32,819 nt of DNA, from assembly GCA_963609155.1 (NCBI GenBank), contig CAVDHS010000040.1:2768-35586 (forward strand), in the 5' to 3' direction. Below are positions 17,441-26,813 of the stretch, piece by piece (positions within the stretch are counted from its first letter, which is position 1; every line of letters starts with the position of its first letter). A model generated the notes under the pieces. That model was given only the letters and a program-made list of their open reading frames with translations. It searched no databases and was not told the DNA's origin. The position numbers were made by a program, and so were the translations under genes. The stretch is from Bulleidia sp. Its GTDB lineage: Bacteria; Patescibacteriota; Saccharimonadia; Saccharimonadales; Saccharimonadaceae.

Positions 17441-19285
17441 TTATCTTCGGCCGGTGTTGGGGGCGAGGGGGATAGTAAAGGCAGGAGTCCAGTCCGTGGC
17501 GGAGTGGTCTGAGGCATCGGGCGTGGTTTCGGCTGAGAATTCTGTGCTTAGGTCGACCGAGGCGGATTCGCCGCGACGAGAGTCGGAAAGAGGGACGAGA
17601 GTCAAGGTATTTACGATAGAGCGGTCGAGGTCGGCGAGAGTAATTTCGGTGTCGGCGGTGACACCGAGAATGGCGTCGTTTAGAATAACCAGAGTTTTTG
17701 TGCCGTCGGTTTTGAAACTGACTTTCGAGGCGGTGTCCGAAACGATTTCGACGCTGGTAATGCTGAGGCTCGGCAAAGTATTGTCGTAGGTTTCGTCCGC
17801 GTATTCTTCTTCAACTTGTGGAAGGCTGTCAAAACGTTCGATAATGGCGTCGGTCGAGGCCTCGAGTTCAATTTCGTCGGTGGCAGAGACGACTGCGCCA
17901 CCAGTGGCCTCGGCGAGAGGTTGATAAGTTTCGAAATTGTATTCTGGAGTGAGAATGTAGAAATTGACTGGATCGATTTGTTGACTTAATTTTTTAACGT
18001 CATAGAAAGTGGTGCCGTCAAGATCGGGAGAGTGAAAACCGGCGTCGGTTAAAACGACGAGCGATTTAGTCGCGCCAAAACGCCAGTTGAGTTTTTTCAT
18101 TACTTGAAATGAGGCCGAAAGTAGGGATTCGGGATCGTCGCCGCCGCCTTCGATAGTGATAGCGTCAAGCCCAGCCGTAAAAGTCTCGAGCGTGCAAGTT
18201 TCAAAACTACATCTTTCAGCTGGCGCGTAGCCGTCGGCGATGTCGCGATAGTCATAAAGCGCAACTCGCCCGCCAGCGTTCAAAGTTTTTTCAGCAAGAC
18301 GCAAGGCTTCGTTGCGATATTTTGAAAATAGCCAAGACATTGAACCGGTGGAATCAATCAAAATTGCGGTGTCGTGGAGTGAAATATATTCATTCTTCAA
18401 ATCGAACGCTTCGGTGATTTTGTTGAAAATAAGTTTGGAGGCGTCTTCGTAAATGCCGTCGGTGGCGTAGGCGGTGTGACTGCTGATACTAAGATACGAG
18501 CTACAGAGAATATCGTATTTATTGCACCAAGTGCCGATTTTGCCGGCGTATCCCGATGAAACATAGGGATTGCGAGCGCCGAGCAGTCCGACGTAAGCGC
18601 GACAATCTGGCACATAAATGCGATATGCGGAAAGATTTTTGCCGCTACAGGCAGCGGGAAAACGTCCGGCGCCTTCGGGTAGATAGATTTTGGGGTCGCC
18701 GAAGAGCGCGGAGTAGATGACTTTGTCGGAATTGATTTTTGACAGAGCGGTAGGAATGACTAGAGCGCCTTGGGAATAGCCAGCGAAGACATATTTGGTG
18801 TTTTTGCAACTGCTAGTATTGACGGTTGAGACGAGTGAATTCACGCCAGCTTTGACGCTGTCGCCAAAAGCATAGGCGTCGCCACGACCGACGAAAGCGC
18901 CGATGGTGACGTCGAGATTTTCGACACCGACGCCGATGGCGGGATAGTCGAGGTCGTCGATTTCGTAGTTTAGGGTGCCGGTGTTTAATTTGGATTCCAT
19001 GGCGGTTTTGAAAGCGATATAGTGGTCGGTATTGTATCGTTCCCCGCCCGAGCCGCGGACGAAAATGATTTTTAAGTCGGGGCAACCTTCGGCGTGAGCG
19101 AGTTCGAACGGGCGAGAATTAGCAATGAGAATTCCGCCGGAGATAATTGCGGACGCAAGGATTAAGTGCCTGATTTTGATTTTGTGAGTGTGGGTTTGGT
19201 ATTTCAACCGAATTTTGTGCCAACATTTTTTTGCGACACTAGCTAGCGGTTGTGGGCGACTAACTCGTTTTGTTTGTGCAGTCAT
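17441..19285 (-). CDS. Exported cutinase-family esterase fused to a vWA domain
   Basis: Signal/TM ending AHA-E; CPDLKIIFVRGSG, GYSQGA nucleophile elbow, LFGDP, C..YDILC, H.AY. vWA motifs LIDSTGSM, GGDDPES, VVLTDA. C-terminal APNTG. AAGGAG RBS. Confidence 0.88.
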   Translation of the reverse strand: MTAQTKRVSRPQPLASVAKKCWHKIRLKYQTHTHKIKIRHLILASAIISGGILIANSRPFELAHAEGCPDLKIIFVRGSGGERYNTDHYIAFKTAMESKLNTGTLNYEIDDLDYPAIGVGVENLDVTIGAFVGRGDAYAFGDSVKAGVNSLVSTVNTSSCKNTKYVFAGYSQGALVIPTALSKINSDKVIYSALFGDPKIYLPEGAGRFPAACSGKNLSAYRIYVPDCRAYVGLLGARNPYVSSGYAGKIGTWCNKYDILCSSYLSISSHTAYATDGIYEDASKLIFNKITEAFDLKNEYISLHDTAILIDSTGSMSWLFSKYRNEALRLAEKTLNAGGRVALYDYRDIADGYAPAERCSFETCTLETFTAGLDAITIEGGGDDPESLLSASFQVMKKLNWRFGATKSLVVLTDAGFHSPDLDGTTFYDVKKLSQQIDPVNFYILTPEYNFETYQPLAEATGGAVVSATDEIELEASTDAIIERFDSLPQVEEEYADETYDNTLPSLSITSVEIVSDTASKVSFKTDGTKTLVILNDAILGVTADTEITLADLDRSIVNTLTLVPLSDSRRGESASVDLSTEFSAETTPDASDHSATDWTPAFTIPLAPNTGRR

Positions 19286-19300
19286 AAATAACTCCTTTAA

Positions 19301-19397
19301 GATTTGGGGCTATTTATGCACAACGCACGCAAAAAATCAACCGCCAAATGCGAATTTTGCGAGCTTGAGCGTTTTGACCGATGGGGATTTGGGGTTA
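19301..19397 (-). promoter_or_regulatory. Structured leader of the cutinase-vWA gene
   Basis: Long imperfect hairpin 19318-19370 flanked by 12-bp direct repeats GATTTGGGGYTA (19301-19312, 19386-19397). Confidence 0.4.
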
Positions 19398-19521
19398 GTG
19401 TAGCTGGGTAGACATTGTTAATTCTCCGTGGTATTATTGCACTAATGATAGAGTGAGGCTTGAACGATTTTTATTATTTAATGCAAGTTTTTAGAAAACT
19501 TAATGATGGGAAGGATATAGT

Positions 19522-20574
19522 ATGAAAAAATGTGTCGGGATTGTATCTTTGTCGAGTGGGGTGCTGGGCGAAGATTTTGTGAAGCACGAAGTTAGGTTGG
19601 TTGAAGAGCGTTTACAAAAGATCTTTGGTTTTAGCTTTAAGTATATGAATAATGCTAAAAAAGGTGAAAAATATTTGGCCGAGCACCCTGAGGCTAAGGC
19701 TGCCGACTTAAAACAGGCGTTTTTAGATCCAGAAGTTGATATCATTTGGACGGTTTTAGGCGGCGACGATACTTTTCGCACCTTGCCATATTTAATGAAC
19801 GAGGAATTTAAAGAAATTGTACAAAAAAATCCGAAACCATTCCTTGGTTTTTCTGATACGACCAATAATCATTTGATGCTTCATAAAATGGGGTTAAAAA
19901 CTTTTTATGCGCCTTCGCTTTTTGCTGATATCGCTGAACTTGGTCCAGAGATTTTGCCATATACCAAAGAATGGCTGGATTTATTGTTTGCTGATACAAA
20001 AACCACTATCACGGTCGAGTCGAGTCCGTTTTGGTACGAAGCTCGAGCCGATTTTAGCGAAAAACAGCTCGGGGTGGAGCGAATAAAGCATGAAGAAAAG
20101 CATGGTTTTGAATTCCTTTATGGCAACGGTATAATTGAGGGCGAATTACTCGGTGGATGCCTAGAAAGTTTGTCGGAAATGTTGACTGGTGGGCGGTATG
20201 ATGACCAGCTTGAAATTTATGGAAAATACAATATTTTTCCGACGCCGGCGGAATGGAAAAATAAAATTGCATTTATTGAAACTAGCGAGGAACGTCCTAC
20301 CCCAGAAAAAGTTAGAAAAATGTTGGAAGCTTTAGAAAAACAGGGCGTTTTTGAAGCGATTTCTGCGCTGATTATCGGTAAGCCTCAGGATGAGATTTAT
20401 TATCATGAATATAAAGAACTCTACCAAGAGTTGGCAGAAAAATATTCTTTACCGACAGTCTATAATCTAAATTTTGGGCATTCTTCTCCGCGTATGGTAT
20501 TGCCGTATGGGCGAAAAATGCGGATTGATTTTGAGTGCCAAACAATAACTTTGCCGGAAGGATTAGTGGGATAA
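19522..20574 (+). CDS. Peptidase S66 family (LD-carboxypeptidase / MccF-like)
   Basis: VGIVSLSSG, GGDD, GFSDTT (catalytic Ser), LLGGCLES, FIETSEE (Glu), NFGHSSP (His). Confidence 0.92.
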   Translation: MKKCVGIVSLSSGVLGEDFVKHEVRLVEERLQKIFGFSFKYMNNAKKGEKYLAEHPEAKAADLKQAFLDPEVDIIWTVLGGDDTFRTLPYLMNEEFKEIVQKNPKPFLGFSDTTNNHLMLHKMGLKTFYAPSLFADIAELGPEILPYTKEWLDLLFADTKTTITVESSPFWYEARADFSEKQLGVERIKHEEKHGFEFLYGNGIIEGELLGGCLESLSEMLTGGRYDDQLEIYGKYNIFPTPAEWKNKIAFIETSEERPTPEKVRKMLEALEKQGVFEAISALIIGKPQDEIYYHEYKELYQELAEKYSLPTVYNLNFGHSSPRMVLPYGRKMRIDFECQTITLPEGLVG

Positions 20575-20577
20575 AAT

Positions 20578-21405
20578 ATGAAAAATTTGCAAGAAATGGA
20601 TTATTCAACTTTCGTGGGGCTGATAAACGAACGAAATCGTCCGTCTGGTGGTATTAAAACAATCCAAGAGGTGATCGTAAACACTCATATCGACAAAAAG
20701 AGCAAAGTGCTGGAAATTGGCAGTAATACAGGTTTTACTACCGTAAATTTAGCTCTGTTATCTGGAGCTACCGTTTTTGGTATTGACATTATTTCTGAAT
20801 CGGTAGAAAAATCCAAAATTTATGCTAGCGAAATGGGCGCAAAAAATGCTAATTTTATACATGGAACCGCACTTAATCTCCCATTCAAAGACGAAGAATT
20901 TGATTTAGTCTGGTGCAGTAATGTGACTTCTTTTATAGAGAACAAAGACGAAGCGATTTCGGAATATTTAAGAGTATTGAAACAAAACGGCTACTTAGCA
21001 GTGGTGCCGATTTATTATAGAAAGGCTCCACCTATAGAACTGTTAAATAAAGTGTCGGGGGCAATTAATTGTAGTATCGAAATCTGGGATAAAAAATTTT
21101 GGGTAGATTTGTTTCAAAAAGTTGGTGATAGCATTGGCGTCGGTCTAGAAGTATTTTACAGCAAAGATTATAAGTATCTGAACCAAAATGACAGATTGGA
21201 AAAATATATTGATAATATTTTAGACACAAATTTGCCAAGAGAATTAAAGGCTCCTGAAAAACTTAAGCAAATAAAAGAAAGAGCGACTTATTTTTATACG
21301 TTATTTAATGAAAATAATTACAAATATGCGGGCTATTCAACAATTTTAATGCAAAAACGCTTAAAAATAGACGAAGAAGAGCTGTTTTTGTCGGAGGAAA
21401 TTTGA
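20578..21405 (+). CDS. Class I SAM-dependent methyltransferase
   Basis: VLEIGSNTG motif I, GIDI, LPFKDEEFDLVW, RVLKQNG. Confidence 0.9.
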   Translation: MKNLQEMDYSTFVGLINERNRPSGGIKTIQEVIVNTHIDKKSKVLEIGSNTGFTTVNLALLSGATVFGIDIISESVEKSKIYASEMGAKNANFIHGTALNLPFKDEEFDLVWCSNVTSFIENKDEAISEYLRVLKQNGYLAVVPIYYRKAPPIELLNKVSGAINCSIEIWDKKFWVDLFQKVGDSIGVGLEVFYSKDYKYLNQNDRLEKYIDNILDTNLPRELKAPEKLKQIKERATYFYTLFNENNYKYAGYSTILMQKRLKIDEEELFLSEEI

Positions 21406-21923
21406 ATTATATTTTTAGAAAAGCGACGGAGGACGATGCTGCGAACATTTGTTTAGTGCAACAAATAACGTGGCGAGCTACGTATGCTTCGAAAGAAAAT
21501 CATATTACACAAGAGGAAATTGATGAATACACAAGCTCTTGGACTTCGGATAGAAATATCCAATTATTCAGAGAAATTATTATGTGTCGCGATGAATGGC
21601 TGGTTGTCGAAATAGAAGAGAAAGTTGTCGGTCATCTACTCATCGAGAAAGAAAATGATCATAAAATCATTCGAATGTTTTATATTCTCCCTAAATATCA
21701 AAATCTCGGGCTTGGGAGAGCCCTATTGAATTTGGCTTGTGCTGGAAACGAGATCGATATAATTGTCGATGTTGTGGCATATAACCAAAAAGCGATTAAT
21801 TTCTATAAAAGAAACGGTTTTGAGTACTATTGCGATGAGCCAAACTTAGCAGAGCCATTGCCGTCAGGAAAGACGCTTCCCTTAAAAAGGTTTAAAAAGC
21901 CCGCTACAGAGCAGGCTTTTTAA
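21402..21923 (+). CDS. GNAT family N-acetyltransferase
   Basis: FRKATEDDA, YILPKYQNLGLGRALL (motif A), NQKAINFYKRNGF. TTGA overlap with the upstream gene. Confidence 0.9.
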   Translation: MNYIFRKATEDDAANICLVQQITWRATYASKENHITQEEIDEYTSSWTSDRNIQLFREIIMCRDEWLVVEIEEKVVGHLLIEKENDHKIIRMFYILPKYQNLGLGRALLNLACAGNEIDIIVDVVAYNQKAINFYKRNGFEYYCDEPNLAEPLPSGKTLPLKRFKKPATEQAF

Positions 21924-22968
21924 AATTGCGTATTATAATTTCGGTCCCAATACCGCTGGCAACAGTGAAAAGTTGTTTATTGTTGCTTAGTTTTGTTGCC
22001 CAATCGGTCGATCCCCCGTCGCCTAAGGATATTTTTTCTCCATGACAATTCGTGCCGACGATTGAATAGCAGATGTGCCGATAATAGTCAATGCCAGCCG
22101 AGCGCGTCAGATCAAAATAAAAATGTATATGATGTTTCTTAGTCCAAGTTTCGAAAAAGAAGCTAGAGACATCGATAAACATTTCTAAAATTTTCAAACC
22201 TTTTTTAACTCCTACGTCTTTTAAATTTTCTGGTAGATTTTCGTCGATATCTAAATGACCGTACTTACCCAAGAAATTTTCGCCGAGACTTTTAAGGACT
22301 TGCTCGAAGTCATTCTTTTTGTGTCCAGTTTTTGAATAGTTTGGTACAAAGAGCTCCAGTAGTTCATCCATAAAAACAACATTACTAATTCCAACATTGA
22401 TTGACTGAAAGTCAAATTCTGCAGAATGATACAAGCAACAAAGTGCATCGAGTTCACCGAAGAGATGGTCGCGAATTGCCAAGACCTCGTTTAGCCCAAA
22501 AGGTTTCCCTTGGATTCCTATCGTTACTTCGGCAAATACTTTAAAATGTGGTAAGAACTTGGATTCTGGAGAAAAAATCTTCGGTCGAATCGTTCTGACA
22601 TTGGTGGCCAAATCAATGTCTTGGTCACTGTCAAATCGCTTAAAGGCTTCAAGAAATAGCGCCGTTGTCGCATCAGAGTTTACTTCTTGGCCTCTAATGG
22701 TCGGTATGATTTTCTTTCCGTTCGTGCCAGCCAAAAAACAATTCAGGCCCAGCGGTTGCAGTGGTGAAAGTTCTACAAACTCAGTCGAACTAAAAGTTTT
22801 AAAGAAAATATTTTCTACTGTTGCAAAATCCTTTTGAGACACCGAGGAACTTTCAACGAAACGGTCGTTCCTTAATAAATCTTTTCTGGTTTTTTTCTCA
22901 GCTTTTTTGCCAATATATGGAATAAGTTTATGAGCCAGTTCTGAGACAGAATAATTCTCGAAATTCAT
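21904..22968 (-). CDS. Hypothetical protein resembling a stand-alone class II aminoacyl-tRNA synthetase catalytic domain
   Basis: VELSPLQPLG (motif 1-like), RTIRP...HFKVF (motif 2-like), DYY, LGDGG...ASGIGTE (motif 3-like). AGGAGG RBS. Confidence 0.6.
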   Translation of the reverse strand: MNFENYSVSELAHKLIPYIGKKAEKKTRKDLLRNDRFVESSSVSQKDFATVENIFFKTFSSTEFVELSPLQPLGLNCFLAGTNGKKIIPTIRGQEVNSDATTALFLEAFKRFDSDQDIDLATNVRTIRPKIFSPESKFLPHFKVFAEVTIGIQGKPFGLNEVLAIRDHLFGELDALCCLYHSAEFDFQSINVGISNVVFMDELLELFVPNYSKTGHKKNDFEQVLKSLGENFLGKYGHLDIDENLPENLKDVGVKKGLKILEMFIDVSSFFFETWTKKHHIHFYFDLTRSAGIDYYRHICYSIVGTNCHGEKISLGDGGSTDWATKLSNNKQLFTVASGIGTEIIIRNFKKPAL

Positions 22969-23094
22969 ATGATCACCTCCTAATACGCTTTTAATGTGCT
23001 CCGTTTGTGGCGGATATCAATATTATACCATACTTTCGTTTTTAGTAAGTAGAGATGCTAAGGTGTGGTATAATGTAGTAAACAAGGAGAAAAA

Positions 23095-24288
23095 ATGAAA
23101 GTATTGTGTGTCAATGCGGGGTCGTCGTCGTTAAAGTTTCAACTTTATGATATGCCGGCGGAGATTTCGATTATCAGCGGTTATGTGGAGAAAATTGGGG
23201 CGAAGGACAGTTTTTATACCATCAAGCACGAGGGCAAGAAAAACGAAGTGAAGCGAGAAATCAAGGATCACGCCGAGGCGGTAAAAGTGATGCTTGAGGA
23301 GCTTTTGAATTATGGCGTGGTGAAAGAGCTGGAGGAAATTCGCGGGGTAGGACACCGAGTGGTGCATGGGGGTGAAAAATATGCAAAATCGGTAGTGATT
23401 ACTGACGAGGTAATTAAAGATATTGAGGAATTTACGAAGTTTGCGCCGCTACATCACCCTGGGAACTTGGCGGGCATTCGGGCGATGCAAAAGGCCTTGC
23501 CAGACGCGACGCAAGTGGCGGTGTTTGACACGGCATTTCACCAAACAATTCCGAAAGTGCAATATATGTATCCGGTGCCGATGGAGTGGTACGAAAAATA
23601 CGGGGTGCGAAAATATGGTTTTCATGGAACAAGCCACAAATATATCACCGAGGTGATGCAGAAAAAACTCGGCAAAGAAGACGTGAATTTGATTGTGTGC
23701 CATGTCGGGTCGGGGGCGTCGATCACGGCAATAAAAGACGGTAAAAGTTATGACACCACCATGGGGTTGACGCCACTGGATGGGCTGATGATGGGCACGC
23801 GGTCTGGTTCGATCGATCCATCGATTATCAAGTACATGATTGACGAGGCGGGCATGACTTATCACAAAGTCGATGAGGCGTTGAACAAAAAGTCGGGGCT
23901 GCTCGGAGTGTGCGGATTTAACGACAACCGCGACGTAGAAAATGCAATCGCAGAAGGCGACGAGAATGCACGACTAGCACTGGATATGTACGTGGATCGG
24001 ATTGTGCGCTACATTGCAGAGTACTACTTGGAGCTAAGCGGTAAAGTGGATGCAATTGTGTTTACGGCCGGTGTGCTAGAAAACGGGGCGGAGACGAGAG
24101 AGTCGATTATCGAGGGGCTGGCGCCGCTAGGAGTGAAAGTCAACACCGAGGTAAATAACGCAATCGCGAGCTTTAAGGAAATTACGAGCGGAATTATTAC
24201 GACCGAGGATTCGACCATTCCGGTTTATGTCGAGCCGACCAACGAAGAAGTGATGATTACTCGCGACGCATACAAGCTTTGCCGATAA
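23095..24288 (+). CDS. ackA: Acetate kinase
   Basis: NAGSSSLK, GHRVVHGG, APLHHP, FDTAFH, YGFHGTSH, MGTRSGSIDP, TNEE. Confidence 0.97.
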   Translation: MKVLCVNAGSSSLKFQLYDMPAEISIISGYVEKIGAKDSFYTIKHEGKKNEVKREIKDHAEAVKVMLEELLNYGVVKELEEIRGVGHRVVHGGEKYAKSVVITDEVIKDIEEFTKFAPLHHPGNLAGIRAMQKALPDATQVAVFDTAFHQTIPKVQYMYPVPMEWYEKYGVRKYGFHGTSHKYITEVMQKKLGKEDVNLIVCHVGSGASITAIKDGKSYDTTMGLTPLDGLMMGTRSGSIDPSIIKYMIDEAGMTYHKVDEALNKKSGLLGVCGFNDNRDVENAIAEGDENARLALDMYVDRIVRYIAEYYLELSGKVDAIVFTAGVLENGAETRESIIEGLAPLGVKVNTEVNNAIASFKEITSGIITTEDSTIPVYVEPTNEEVMITRDAYKLCR

Positions 24289-24317
24289 CCGCTTTCGCCT
24301 CGTGCTATAATATAGAC

Positions 24318-25256
24318 ATGGAAGTCAACGACCTAATCAATGATTTTTTGGAGCATCTCGAAGTCGAGGGTGGGCGAAGTAAGAAAACAACTGAAAATTA
24401 TCGGCTGTATCTTGAACGGTTTTACGAAATTGCATTAGAGATTTTGGGTAAAGAGTCAATGAAGCCGAGCGAAATCACGCGCGAGTTATTGCGAAAATAT
24501 CGGTTGAAATTAAATCGATATGGGACAGAAAATGGCAGTGATGATTTGAAAACGATTACACAAGCGTATCATTTAATCGCTTTGCGTGGATTTTTGAAAT
24601 ATCTGGCGCGACGAGAGATCAAGTCGCTCGATCCGTCGTTGGTGGATTTGCCACATGTAGTTCGGAAACAGGTCACATTTTTGCATTATGACGAAGTGGA
24701 GGATATGCTAAACGAAATTGACACTTCGACTGAGTCGGGGCTGCGCGACCGGGCGATTATTGAACTGTTATATTCGGGCGGATTGCGGGTGTCGGAGCTG
24801 GTGGGGCTAAATCGGGATTCGATTAACCTGGAACGGCGCGAATTTATGGTGCGCGGAAAAGGTTCGAAAGATCGGCCGATTTTTATTTCGGAAGCGTGCG
24901 CGGACCGAGTGCAGGATTATCTTGATGCGCGGACTGATTCCCTGCCGGCGCTGTTTTTGAACAACTCGCGAAATTTACAGGCGGTGGACACGAGCGGAAA
25001 TTATCGACGAATCACGGCGCGATCAGTGGAACGAATCGTCGAGAAATATGCGCGGCTGGCGGGAATTACAAAAAAAGTGACGCCACATACTTTGCGCCAT
25101 TCGTTTGCGACAGATTTGCTGATGAATGGGGCGGACCTCAGATCGGTACAATCAATGCTCGGGCATGCAGACATTTCGACTACGCAAGTTTATACTCACG
25201 TGACCGATAAACATCTTAAAGAAATCCATGACAAGTTTCATTCCGAAACGAATTAA
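24318..25256 (+). CDS. XerC/XerD-like tyrosine recombinase
   Basis: RDRAIIELLYSGGLRVSEL, GKGSKDR, HTLRHSFAT, LGHADISTTQVYTHV. Start reassigned to ATG 24318 just after TGCTATAAT. Confidence 0.93.
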   Translation: MEVNDLINDFLEHLEVEGGRSKKTTENYRLYLERFYEIALEILGKESMKPSEITRELLRKYRLKLNRYGTENGSDDLKTITQAYHLIALRGFLKYLARREIKSLDPSLVDLPHVVRKQVTFLHYDEVEDMLNEIDTSTESGLRDRAIIELLYSGGLRVSELVGLNRDSINLERREFMVRGKGSKDRPIFISEACADRVQDYLDARTDSLPALFLNNSRNLQAVDTSGNYRRITARSVERIVEKYARLAGITKKVTPHTLRHSFATDLLMNGADLRSVQSMLGHADISTTQVYTHVTDKHLKEIHDKFHSETN

Positions 25257-25275
25257 TGAAAGTTATTAGATGTCG

Positions 25276-26091
25276 TTAGTTAGTTTCAATCGTGTCGGGA
25301 TTATAAAGGCGAATGACGGTCGAGATAGTTGACGGAACGGTGGCGTCGGTGCCATACCAACAAGCGCGAATATAAAAATCATAGTAGGCGGAAGCTCGGT
25401 CGGTTTTGCCTTCAAATTTTTCGCCAACAACTAGAGTTCCTTGGTTGGAACCGGTGCTGCTGCTGGCATCCTTTACGGCGATGACATAAATCCCTTCGGC
25501 ACGCCAGAGGTTCGTATAAGAGACGGAACTATCTTCATCAAGACTTTTTCCCTCGTCCGTTGTGGAGCTAGATAAAGATTTGCTAAAGATAAGTCGTGGG
25601 TAAGTAGAGGCTTTTGCGAATTTACCGCTAGCGTTCTGGCGCAAAAAATAAACTGTTGTTTTCACATCTCCGGCAGAGAAAGAGTTAAGACCGCGCGGAT
25701 TAATAATAAAAGCGGATTCGGCAATTTTATTGTTTGCATAAATCGTGCTGTCATCACAAGATGTCGGAGCATATTCAAGAATTTCTTTTTTCTGATCTTC
25801 GCTCGTAATTGCACCGACGTCAATCGCATGAGAAGTGATTTCGTCCCAAAGCGTAGAATACTTTTTATCAGCGGCATATTTATCAGCGGCATAAGAGGAT
25901 TGGATAAAACGCAAAGCTTCGGCTTGTGCGTCGATTTCTTCGCGCGCTAATGTAGTTTCCAGCGCAGTCTGTGCGCCCGAAGTTCCACTACTCATGACCG
26001 CAGCAATACCAATCGCAATCATCGAAAAAATTCCTATCGCGATTACCACCTCAATCAAAGTGTCACCTCTTTTACCCACGTGACTAAACAT
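25276..26091 (-). CDS. Type IV minor pilin-like protein
   Basis: KRG/DTLIEVVIAIGIF class III signal (G-D-T-L-I-E variant); hydrophobic N-terminal helix. Confidence 0.85.
   Translation of the reverse strand: MFSHVGKRGDTLIEVVIAIGIFSMIAIGIAAVMSSGTSGAQTALETTLAREEIDAQAEALRFIQSSYAADKYAADKKYSTLWDEITSHAIDVGAITSEDQKKEILEYAPTSCDDSTIYANNKIAESAFIINPRGLNSFSAGDVKTTVYFLRQNASGKFAKASTYPRLIFSKSLSSSTTDEGKSLDEDSSVSYTNLWRAEGIYVIAVKDASSSTGSNQGTLVVGEKFEGKTDRASAYYDFYIRACWYGTDATVPSTISTVIRLYNPDTIETN
25864..25893. repeat. Perfect 15-bp tandem duplication
   Basis: TTTATCAGCGGCATA x2, encoding YAADK-YAADK in the pilin-like gene. Confidence 0.85.
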
Positions 26092-26147
26092 AAGTTTATT
26101 ATAGCATAGGTTGCGATTTTAACGAAATTAATTTATAATCAAAGCAT

Positions 26148-26765
26148 ATGCATAATAAAAAAGGCTTTACGATTATTGAGGTGTTGTTGGTATTAGGAAT
26201 TGCGGGGTTGATTTTTATGATGGTGTTTGTTGCGGTACCGAATTTACAACGATCGCAGCGTGATGCACAACGACGCGAAGACGTGACGAAAGTGGTAAAG
26301 TTGATTACAGATTATCAGGCGAACCATCGCGGGGCGTTGCCGGAACGAAAAGCGACGGTAAAAAACGGCCAGGATGTTGCATCCAGTTGGGAATCGATCC
26401 GTTGTGGAGACGATGAGAATAATGATGATTGGGACACTTTATATTGTGAATATTTAGGGGACGAATTTATTGATCCGGATGGAGACGGCTACCGATTACA
26501 GGTTGGCTATTGTCAATCAAACGGCGCAGCAGTACCGGATGTGGACTGCGTGAAAACAAGCACTAGTTATACTTTTCCAGATGGGACTACTATCAATGTC
26601 AAAAACCCTAGTAGTTCAGATGCAACCTTCCCAAATGAACACATGATGACAATTCTAATCGGAGCGACATGTAGCGGCGATAAAGCAATCGGGACATCAA
26701 ACCCGCGAAAAATTGCGATTTTATATAAACTTGAAGGTGGAGGAACTTATTGCGCAAACTCATAG
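26148..26765 (+). CDS. Type IV pilin (paralog 1)
   Basis: KKG/FTIIEVLLVL prepilin motif, QRSQRDAQRREDV, C-terminal KLEGGGTYC. Confidence 0.92.
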   Translation: MHNKKGFTIIEVLLVLGIAGLIFMMVFVAVPNLQRSQRDAQRREDVTKVVKLITDYQANHRGALPERKATVKNGQDVASSWESIRCGDDENNDDWDTLYCEYLGDEFIDPDGDGYRLQVGYCQSNGAAVPDVDCVKTSTSYTFPDGTTINVKNPSSSDATFPNEHMMTILIGATCSGDKAIGTSNPRKIAILYKLEGGGTYCANS

Positions 26766-26813
26766 AATGAGTTGATAATTGCTAAGGCGACAGACGATTG
26801 AAATCCGAAAATA

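Noticed and set aside
24318..25256. Tyrosine recombinase as the island integrase or a pilin invertase
   Set aside because: It looks like a housekeeping XerC/D with host-like composition, lies about 17 kb from tRNA-Arg, and no att or inversion sites were found.
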